From positions 24,756,871 to 24,820,870 of the forward strand of contig NC_092676.1 in the NCBI RefSeq assembly GCF_964355755.1: 64,000 bases of DNA. The letters are read 5' to 3'. Below the pieces are notes generated by a model that was not told where the DNA came from, searched no databases, and saw nothing but the letters and a program-made list of their open reading frames with translations. This DNA comes from Antedon mediterranea. Its lineage: Eukaryota > Animalia > Echinodermata. The translations under genes and the position numbers were made by a program. Position 1 is the stretch's first letter. The number at the start of each line of letters is the position of its first letter. Below are positions 51,101 through 63,100 of the stretch, one piece after another.

Positions 51101-54100
51101 CACTACTATACATATTTCGGGGTAGAGGTGTTACTCCCTAAGTCTGTGTGACCTAACAATTTTTTCAATCTTCTATCGACTAAAGCCGTAGTATAGTCGT
51201 TATCTCGGGACCGTTCTATGGTTACCACCAGGTAGGCTTTCTTCATCAAGGCTTCTATGAATGGATGACGAGTTGGGATCAGGAACACTAGTAGACCATA
51301 CCCAGTACCGTTTTGATTACGATCAATCGGGAAATTACCTCACGATACCCAAACATTCCAGTAAACAACAATTATAATTTTCCAGCCTCTGACAAACCTA
51401 AATCAAACAATTCTTCATCTATAGAGGTCACATCATTTGGCAAAAAAAGGAATGAACCTGAGACTTTAAACTTTAGAACCCTTTTACTAGACTTACCAAC
51501 ATTTTTAAATACATTTATTAACATTTTCTTATTTTAATTCTTTTATACTGTAGATTTCACAACTGGTGATCCTTCATGAGCAAGCAGAAGATGGCGCTGC
51601 GATGCCCGACCTCACCTTGCCTGTCAGCGCTGTCGCAAACGCTGTCAACAACCTCGTTCAGGTACCGTAATACCTTAATTAATAATACCAATGCCTTGTT
51701 AAAATATCATGCAGTAAATAGTACTGATCATACTACTACAGTGTGCTACTTTAACTCTATGCTATGCTTAAACTTATTACAAATTAACTAGTATTTCTTC
51801 TAACACTCACAATTATTGTAAAAGTTAATGTGGAAAGCTTCCCTCAATGACAACTGTAGTAAGTATATATGAATAACTTATTTCTACAAATAGAACATTT
51901 TTTAAATTATACTTTGTTGAGAGCGCTGTTGTATTTTTTAATCTTCGAAAAATGTCATTGCGAGATGAAGATTTGTTGAAAACAAGTCGACATTTATACT
52001 GGTAGAGTTGTATTTTATTATTTTGTAGGTTGGCCGACAAACTGGGGAGTCCTCTACGGACAAGGTTCTGAAGGAAGAAATGCCATTTGCTTTAGATAAA
52101 GTTGAAAATGCCAGTATTAGTTTGATACGAGCAGCAAAAGCTTTGCTAGAAGACCCACTCTCAAGAAGTGCACGGGATACTCTCATCAATGGCGCAAGAG
52201 GTTAGTGAAAATCGTCAGCTTTTAAACTCTGTCTACACTATCATTGATAATGTAGACAGAGTATTAGAATGTGGACAACACTATTTTTATTTTATTTACA
52301 CAAAAACAAAGTTCCCACATCAGGAGGCAACAAACAAGGTAGATAGAGGAGAAATAATGCCATTTTGACAAACATTAACATGGCTAAACAAACATTGACA
52401 GAGGCAGTGACTGGGAACTTTAAATTAAAGATTACAGTCAAACATATTAAATCATTTATACAAAAACAAGAGGTTAAAATACATGCGTTTAAATGACAAA
52501 CTAACATTCTTCTAAACCTTGAAGTATGAAAAAGTAGTGTGTCAAACTGCAGACTGGTGATCTGGAGGTGTGGGTTCGAGTTTAATATTTCAGTATTTAT
52601 GTTTTTTACCAGATTTTATTACTAAAAACTATGATTATTTATCCATTTAAAAAGGAATTCTAAGTGGCACGTCTGCTCTGCTGTTGTCTTTGGATCAGGC
52701 AGAAGTCCGTAAGATCATTCGTATCTGCAAAGGAGTCCAAGAATATTTGGCAGTAGCGGAGGTTGTTGAGGGCATGGAAGATCTCATAGTATATGTGCAG
52801 GTAACCATGTCACTGTTCTTGTAGCTGTAGCTGACTTCACTGCTGGTGTACCATGCTATACACTTTTTAAACATTTTAACTTTTTCTACTGTATGAAATA
52901 TATAATATATTTTACTATGATCCTGTTTTGTGTATTCCATAACCAGTTAACAAATGTCTATAACAGGATACATTGTAACTTTATTTTTACATTGAATTTC
53001 CGTATTCTAGAATTTGACCCCAGGAATGACCCAGATGGTCAAGATGGTGGATGGACGTCAGGCCGAACTGACCCATCAAGTGCATCGTAACATTCTTATA
53101 GCATCTAAAGATAAGATAAAGAACCTTTTACCTGTGCTTATATCGAGTATTAAGATCTTTGTAACAACAATGCAATCTCGTAAGTCAATTTATTTTTTAT
53201 GTAAAACAGCTTTAGTCACCTTCTTTAAAGATGTATTGTCCCCCCAAAACATGCAAAATTAAGATTAATTAAGCTTAATCTTGGAATAGGTTATTTTGTA
53301 GTTTTAATCAAGTTAATCACTTCCGTAGAAAAAAAACGGAAAAAATTATGTTTTCACTTATAAATTAACATAATAAATGGTTAAATTCAACCAAAAATAA
53401 ATTGGTCAATTTGACCATTTTTGCTTTTAAATTACAGTTTTTTGTTGTTTAGATTTTTGGTCAAAGTGGATAACTATTATGTGACATTAAATGGCATATT
53501 TAACAACAAAAATTGTAAAAAAATTATTTTTTAGGGGGACAATACATCTTTAATAGTTACCATGCATTTATTCTAAACTACTTTTTCTTTTGAGGTTTAT
53601 ATTATATTTGTGTAATTGTTTGATTATTTTTTCTATGCTATTGACATCAAAGAAATGTTGTTAATAATAAAAAAAAAATTTGTTTTTAGCTGGAAGACGA
53701 GGTCTGGAGGAAGCTGCCTCCAACCGGTTGTACGTCGTCAATCAGATGTACACAGAAATTGAAGAAATTATCCGCGTTCTTCAGTTAACGACGTACGATG
53801 AAGATGATTGGAACGTAGATGACGTGACAGTCATGAAGAAGGCGGCTGGCAACATCACGTCCAGGATGAAGGGTGCTGTGGACTGGCTTAGAAACCCAAA
53901 CAGCGCTCCTGGAGGACTTGGTTCGTTCATACTTGCATTCACTTATTTAGTGGAGTAGTAGCTTGGTGGTTATGATGCTTGGCTACCAATTCAAGGGTCC
54001 TGGGTTCAAGTCCTGTCATATGTCAGGATTTTTTCTAATGACAAATTACAACTCCACTCCCAAAGACGTGTAATAAGACTTCTCTTGTCTTGTAAACGGG

Positions 54101-57100
54101 ATTGCCACCTTTAAGAAGGATAGTGAATTAATTCGCTTATGGTTATCCTTGGCAATTTGCCTAAAACATATAATAAAAAATATTTAAATGTAAATTACGT
54201 TTTTTATTTATAACCACATATTTATTTCCATTCTTATTATTATGTTATCGACTTTTTTTTTTAAAGGTGAGCAAGCCATACGAATGATATTGGAAGATGC
54301 ACGAAAAGTAGCCGATAGATGCGATGACCCAGAACGAGGTCAAATTCTACGGTTGGTTGATGACATCAATGCCATGACCAATGAATTGGCAAATCTTAGA
54401 GGAAGAGGATTGGTAAACCACAAATAAAAAATTTATTTGTAATAAATAAGTATTCAAAATTCAGATGACAAAAGTAATAACTTTAACATAAATCTTTGCG
54501 TGCCATTTTATCAATTATTAATAAATATTGTTTTTTTGTAGGGCAACACGCCAGAGGCACTAAGATTAGCCAAAGATATTGAAGAGAAACTAAATCGCCT
54601 TGAGAATCTCGTAGAGCATACTGTTAAGAAAGCCGAAAGAAGTGGAATTAGGAAACCGGCATACACTGTGGCTGGAAAGGTTGACCAAGCGCAGAAGTGG
54701 TTATCAAACCCAGGCATAGACGATGGAGGTGTCGGTAAGCCAAATCACATTTGTCAATGACATTTTATGAGAAAACAAAATGTCTGTTTTATTTATAAGA
54801 AAACTGATAGTACATTTGTTGTTTGGTAAATGGCTTGACTGCATATATTTATATTTAACTACAGTAGATCTAAATAAAACCAGTTAAGGCCAATTTACAC
54901 TGACGAGCGGTAAACGGTAATAAAAATATAGAATCTATTTTATTCCTTATGACCATTTACAATACGGAGCGGACCGTTTTCCCTCAGGATAGATACAGAG
55001 TCTATCAATGACTAAAAGTTATAGTTAATACTTTATGGTAGTATTACAATTACCCACAGTATGTTATTACATACTTCCGTCCAACCAATACCCAATATGA
55101 CATCCTGTATAGTAGTCTACTCACTTCTATTTTTACATACTCAGCATCCTAAGCCAAACAAACAAAAATCCAGTATTGGTTAAAAAGAAGATTCTCTTTC
55201 TGCTAACTTGAAAATTCACAGCAAACTACTTTATTTTAAACATCTTTCTAACTGAAGTATAATATTTATGGCTTTGTCTTGAAGGTCTCCGAGCGATTGC
55301 AGGTGTGGTTGAGGAGGGTCGACGTCTGGCGCACTTCTGCACGGGCAAGGATCAAGAAGAACTACTCAGGCTCTGCGACGAAACCGAACTACTGTCAAAA
55401 GAATTGGCCAATATGTGTGCTAGAGGAATGGTAAGTAAAGAAATGATGATGGAGCAGGGTTCATGGAATTTACCATCATCTGGCAGGGTGTTTCATAAAT
55501 TTGTTATATTTTCAAGTTGTAGCTCTCTGCTCAGAGAGAATAGGCCAATGTCAGTTTATCCAGTTAAGCTAGCACTCATAGACTAAAACCACCACTTTAG
55601 GTTTGTATAAATGAAAACATTTTTGCTAATGACATTTAGACATTTTTATTTTAAGTTTTCCTTTTGGTGCAAAATTAAGGACTTTAAAAAAAAATTGTGT
55701 ACTATATATTATACTATGTTTTATTTTTATTTCAGGGTAACACTCCACAAGCTCAAGCTCTTTCTAAACGTCTGGCTGATAAGTTGGAGCAGCTTAAGAC
55801 AAAGATGGAAGACATTCTGGTTAAACAGGTGGGTGGAATAATTTGCATACATTGCATGCCAAGAGGAGACATTTATTTCCTTGTTTAAAGTTAGGTATAT
55901 GCCTAAATTATGCTAATAATAATAGACCCTCGATACAGTAAAATCATCAATGTCCACATACAGTATAATACAAGTAAGTTAAGTGAGCAAGAAGGTACAA
56001 GAAGAAATAGGTGGTTGTTGTTAGGAAATTTCATATTTTTTATCCCCTAAGTTGCTGAAAATTAATTTGTTAAATATTTTTGTCTCAATTTCTATTTTTA
56101 TCCCCTAGGTTGCTGAAGATTTTATGGACACAGTGACTCCATTAAAACAACTCACAGAAGCAGCATTAGCCCCAGAAGGTAAGCAACCTTCTATCAAAAT
56201 GGAATAGTCCAAATTAAACAAAATGACTGCAATATAACAAAGTTTTTTTATGATGAGAGCCTAATTTCTCTTCTCTTTCACAAATAATGATAGTTGATAT
56301 CAATTTTTTTAAATTTTCAGACAAGCCTAATCGTGAACAGATATATACAAGTAAGGCTGAGTATTTCTTAGAGCATAGCAACAAACTTGCTGACACGGCT
56401 CGCCTGATTGGTCAAGCTGGAGGGTCAAATGATAAACGACTTGTAGAAGAAATCAACTCAGCCGCCAATCAGGTAAACTCTCACAAAAATATGTTCAATT
56501 CAAGTTTATATATTTGCATTTATTTTTTATCAGATGTTTTCAAGAAACTAAACAATCGTTGACTGTTTTTGCTACAAAAAAAAAAAAAAAAAAATAGTTT
56601 TTGTAATTATAAATGCTTTTTCCCAAACAGATGGATGCCTTAACACCTCAAGTAATTTCAGCTGGACGTCTTGTTTTATACCACCCTAATAGTACTGTAA
56701 GTATTAGCTAACAGCTAGAAAGATTTCAGATTATTTTCTCCCAACAGATAACATTAAATTGTGTTGAAGTAATAACTAAATTGGGAGTTTACACAGATGT
56801 ACTTATTTACCACTCATATAAAAACACATGTTTAAGAATGGGACCTGGATAGGTGTTTTTCATTGCACTAGTTTTTAATAGTGGAGCTGTACCTTGGTGG
56901 TTAATGTGCTTACCTTCCAATCCCAATGTACGGGGTTCAATCCTGAACTAGTGCCAGGTTAATAACTCACAACTTTTTCAACTCGACTCCCTAAGCCTCA
57001 AATGAGACTTAGTTTATAAGCACGATAAATTATTAAATAGTGTATTCATCCTGTAATTGGCGAGTTACTCGCTGTTGGATTTGTATGAAATAAAAAAATA

Positions 57101-60100
57101 TTACTTGCGGTTGACAATCTCATGTATTTTTTAACACAATAGGCTGCCGTGGAACATTTTGATCTGTTGAAGAAGGAATGGACCAACAACACAAACAACC
57201 TGACACGACTCGTTGATGATGCAACAGACTCTGTGGAATTCATTAAAGCATGTGGTTAGTTATATCAAGGCAATCTACTAACAACAGGACACTGTGCTCA
57301 CCCTGCCAAGATAGGAACTCTAACAGTCCTTTGATCTTATGTCTGGCTGCGACAAATACCTACAGTACTGTACTATGTACATATTCTCCGCAGCGTGCGG
57401 TGTATGTTAAGAGACATGTAACTGATTATGTCGCAGCCATAGATAAACCCTTGATCTCTGTAGCTCAGAATCCTGTTGGTAGATTGCCCTGGTCATATAT
57501 ACTATAACAATAATCTGCTGCTAGCTTGAGTGTGAAGGTCCTAAGTCATTGCCAGTGCTGTCATTGAACAATACACCTTGTCCTTCAGATGAAATGTTAA
57601 GCCATTGGTCGCCTTTAAAAATGGTGAAAAATGTTTTTTTTTACCCTGTAGAGGAAGTCATTCGTAAAGAGACGGTTGAAGCAGAATTCGCTGTCAGTCA
57701 AGAGCAGCCTATACCATTCATCAAGAGTACCTCAAAGATCGCCAGATGCGCTCAACGTGTTGTCATGGTAGCGCAACAAGAGGCAGACAATTCGGAAGAT
57801 CCTACGTTTGTTGAGGCAGTTAGCAAAGCTGCAGAAGAACTCGAAAGCTGTAAGTACACTTTTGATATGCCATACAAGAAAAATTTGTACGCAACCTTCA
57901 ATCAAAATAAAATAGTCTAAAATGCTGTAGCTTGGTGGTTAACATGCTTGCCTTCCGATCCCAAGGTTCAATCTAGACATAGTGCCAGTGCTGTAACTCA
58001 TAACTGTTTCTATGCGTCTCCTTAAAGCTCTGTCTACACTATCAAACTTTATGTGATGTGCCTATATATGGACATGATAATGTCATATCACTACCATACT
58101 TGAGCAAATCACTGCCATATTTGGGCACATTACATTTTTGTAAAACTAGTTTGATAGTGTAGACAGAGCTTAAATCTCAAATGAGAATTAGTAAGCACTG
58201 TATAGTTGATCAATCCTGTAATTGGCGAGTTGCTTGACTGATAAAGTTCATGTTTTTTTTTTTTATTCTTCAGCTATCCCAGCAAGTGTGGGCTTCGCCA
58301 GAGGTGTTGCTACGCAACCTAACAACAAACAAGCCCAAGATGACTGGATGAATGCCAACCAAAAGGTACAAACAAAAACATTCAAAATAAATTAACCATC
58401 TTGTTATCATCCTCTTACACTACTTCATAGGTGCCATTTTGTTCTACTGAATTTTGAAATGGTTTCTGATGGTGTAATTTACATTAATTAAATACAACTT
58501 AAATTCTCCCCTCCATCAAAAATCGTAGAAAATCAAAGAAACTATTTCGTTGTTTTTTCAAGAAATATTTCTTTACTACTAACATACTGAGTCTAATGTA
58601 ACATTTTATTGGTGGGAGTCATGTATTATATCAATTTTGAATCAAACAAACAAACTATGTATTTCTTCATATGAACTTTTCTAAAAAATAGGAAAATGTT
58701 TCTCACTGCTCTTTTATGTACACCATGTTCTTTCTTCATGTTTGTTCTTATCATATGTGTGGCTTTTTCTTTATCATATGTGTGGCTTTTTCTTTATCTT
58801 TTTTATACTATCTTTCTACATAGCTATACAGGTCGGTTCTGAAAGTTCGTAAGCCGCTCACTGGAGAGGATAACAATCCTCCTCTCCCCCCACCACCCGC
58901 ACTCCAAGACGACGAATTGGACGAATCACTGATACAGGTTTTCATAGCTAATTTCTTTCTGCTGTTTTCATTCATTTCAGAAAATGTATTTCTAATAAAA
59001 ACAGCAAAATCAGCATTGTAGTTAGGTAACAGTAGGCAAATTGGTTATGCTTACGACGAGACGTTATAATTGATAACGTAGGCTTATTATCCATCACACA
59101 TGCTCAGTAATCACTTGAATTTAAGAGGCATCCATTAATTGGCCCATCAATTATTACAGTTTTAGATCTTGTTACATCAATTGGTCGGAGTTCAAAACCA
59201 AACAGCTTAGATATGGAGGTATTTCTGTGGGTGGGTGCCATGTATATCTTCCTTACATTGTTTAGCTCGTCGTAAGCATAGCTATATCGTATTAAAAAAA
59301 ATACCCAGCAAAGCTTTATAGGAATCAGCAAAAAAAAGTAGTTAAAGAAATATTAACCATTTGCTAAATTCAAATCTTTAAAATATAGCTAACATTAGTT
59401 TATAGTTTTTTAAGAATTTATTTTACTTTGTAAGAATAAAATTTGGGTTTTTTTTTTTACAATAGTTGCTACAGTATATTTGCGATTTTATTTTTAAGCG
59501 CTTTATTTATTTTTGGTTTATCACTGTACAATATGTTATAGTTTAACATAGACAATTTTGCCTATTACTTTTACTATATAGAATTAGAAAAAGAAAGTAA
59601 TTGATGCAGTTTCTTCGAGGTATTTTGAATATTTGTGAAAATGCTGTTGTCATACAAGCCGTGTGAATAAGATGTAAAAAAGGAGACATTTATCTAGTTT
59701 GTTTTTAGCTTGGTGGTGTGAACAGAAGTTTAATTAGTTGCGTAGTTGAAAACCAGGCAAACCATACCTATTGTCTATTAGGCTCTTAGTTCTCCTTGCA
59801 TGTGTACACTGAGTAAATGACCTAACGAGCACTGCAACGCTAAAAATGTTATTACATTTGATTTTAGGTACAGTATAACCCTTAAGGTTCTTACAGTGAC
59901 ATTTATTACTGATGTGCTTATTTGGTCATTTACTGTACTCTCGGCCTGTACCATTGTTGTTAAAGGGGTGTTGTAGTTATTCATATCTTCCATTTTTCCT
60001 CCATGCTTCCTATAGCTAGAGCAAGCAATGCGTGAACTAGACAGGCCAGACTCTTCAGACAAGGTTCTTTCTATTCTTTTCTTTCTGCTATCTCTACTAC

Positions 60101-63100
60101 GTTTTGCTGTCGTTTACTCACATTTGGACACGACCTAGGCCAAAAGAAAATAGTTTGTTTGCTAATCCTGGCTTAAAATATAAATGGAGAAAAGTTTCAA
60201 AAGAGCTCAACATAAACTTCCAATATCAATGAATTACCAATAAATATTGATAAAAGCAATTTAGAAATGTTTTTTTAAATGTTAAATAATACTATTTGGA
60301 AATAGTATTGCACCATTTCATCATAAAATCAAGAAAACTGTAAACAGCAAACAAATTATTTTGTTATGGCCTATTTATTATTATTTTTTCTCTTATGTTA
60401 CACACTGGATGTGAGTGATTTTTAAATAATTTTGGCGTAAGCATGATTGCTGTGATCTATTAAACCAGTTTATCTAAAAATTAATAAATATCCCTCTTTT
60501 TAAACATTTATTTTCTTTTTTGTTTTATCTGATTCTATTTATATTTTTCAATATTTTGTCCTCCAATATCTAGTGTTATGCCGTGTAAAAAGCATGCGCT
60601 AGTGGTGTTACAAATTAATGTATGCGAGTGAAATGATTTTATAGACACACTGCTGTAATTATTATTTTTTACAGCATTTACTGTAGTTTGTACATAATAT
60701 TTGATAGTTAGGTCTACTGTATCACTATTTTTTTTTTTTTTTTGCAAATCATATTAGTATATTGTGCATGAAACTTCCAAACTTCTGAGCTATTAAATTC
60801 CAAGGATTTGCATTTAATATACAATATATAATATAATATACAATAATATACAATATATAATAATTGTTTTGTTTATGTGATTCCATGGGTATAAAACTTG
60901 TAATAGTCCTTAACTTTTCAAGATTTTTTATCCAATGAAAAGAATTATAGAAAAAAAATAGAAACCAGTAAGACGAGTCTGATTGCATCGTCAGAAAAAT
61001 CAGTTTGTATTGAGGGCGCCGGAGAGATAATTTTTAGCAGTTAAGGTGTCATTCTTTAAATGATTTACGTAATATTTACTATTTGCAGTGTTTTATAAAG
61101 AATAAAAACATGTTAAAATGAAATTAACTTTAGAAAATGTAATTAAGTTTAATAAAATGAATTCTAAATTCAAATTGTTATTAAGAAACAATTTTCTATT
61201 GATATCAGTAACTTAGAAGATACAGTACTCGTTTTTATTCTAACAACTTTTGCTTATAGATTCATGAAGGGGCACAACATGTTAGAGCATCAATAGATGG
61301 CGGTTACCATGCTAAGAGCGCACCTATACTGACACTACCACCGCCACCACCACCGCCTCCTCAAGCTTACATATCACCACCGCCACCAGCCTACTCAACT
61401 CAACTACCGCCACCGAACTTTACCGCACCACCACCACCAGAATTTATAGCACCACCTCGACCGCCACCCCCATCCTCCATTATGAGACAACCCCAGAAGA
61501 CTGAGGTGGTTTTTCTATCTTAAACTCAGTCAACACTATCAAACTAGTTTGACAACAAAAGTGTGAGATGTGCCCAAATATGGTAGTGATATTTATCCAA
61601 ATATGGCAGTGATATTACATCATTATATCCATATATGGGCACATCACATTTTTTTGTCACAAGTTTGATAGTTTAGCCAGAGCTTTACTTGATGGATGCC
61701 TTCATTGTAGACGGAATGATTCCCCCTCACTAACCCCAGTGTGTTTCTAATATTTGCATTATCTCCTTTTCAGATCACAAGCATTTTGTACCATTCAGCA
61801 TGATAATAGTCAAGAACAACTAAATACATTTCATTCTTTTACAGACGGATAGCATATTTAATATATTGTAATTTCATACCTTTAATAGCATTTGAGTAAT
61901 TTACTTATTATTTATTTTTATTATTATTCATAATCTAATCACTTTAATAATTTACAATCATGTATATTTTTTGCTGTGTTTTAATTAATTAATTAAAAAG
62001 AAAACTAATTTTAAATAAAATGATTTTAGTATTTTTTGTACTGTACAGTATAGATATTGCAGTTCCAACCACAATCAGCATACAGGGAGTGACAACCTAC
62101 ACCTTTTAACTTAATAATTTTAATAGCATTCTTTATCATATGTACTAATGGTTTAATGTTCTATCTGATGAGGCAATGAGAGTAAAGCATCATCCTCATA
62201 CTAAATTAATTGTTTCATTTATCATTAATATTTACATGTAGATTAGTAATTTTCACATTAACGTTCATTGTATACATTTTGAAAAGAATAAAAACCTGTA
62301 TAACACACCTTATATTTATGCAAATTTATAGATGAGAATTTGCATGAAAAAATAATCCTGCTTCTAATGTAATAGTTTGATTTATTTGACTTTAATTGAA
62401 GAAAGTAATTTGTTTTATAATTTTAATCCTTGATTTTCTTAGATGTAGATGTGTGCTGCTCATGTGAAAAATTAATTATAAAATTCTCGCAATACACAAA
62501 TTTCTGCACTATTATTATATCTTAAATTTATTGGAGTTTGTACTGAGAACAAGTGGTGCAAAGACCTGATTGGTTGATTTGGTAATTTATGCATAAAAGC
62601 AGACTTTTGATTGGACTGTCTTTAATTTTTAAGATTGTTGATGGAGTTGTGAATGTTCGTGATGCAGTCTTGGTATCCCAGCAACCTCCTGTTGAAGAGT
62701 TTAGTCAGATGAATTTGAAAGGTTTATTTTCATTTTTCTTTCTTTTTTTCTTTTATTGACACATTTGCATGTAGTATTTTAGTAAGACTGAACAAACAGA
62801 TTATAATAAATTAATGGATCATTTAATTTTATATTGTTAGATACACAATCAGCTCCACCACGCCCACCATCCCCAGGACCACCACCAAGGCCACCACCAC
62901 CAGAGGAGGAGGAAGAGGTTCACTTTCCTAAGCCAGGACCAGATCAGCCCATCATGGTAAGAATATTTATCTTTCATTAGTTCATTGTCTTTCTTTTTTT
63001 GTCTTCTTTCACATTCATTTCTTTCATTGTCTATCTTTCTTCTTACATTGTCTATATTTCTTCTTTTATTGTCTTTCTTCTTTCAATGTCTTCTTTCTTT

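Noticed and set aside
62160-62205. C/D-box snoRNA in a vinculin intron (TGATGA)
   Set aside because: There is no suitably placed CTGA D-box or terminal stem.
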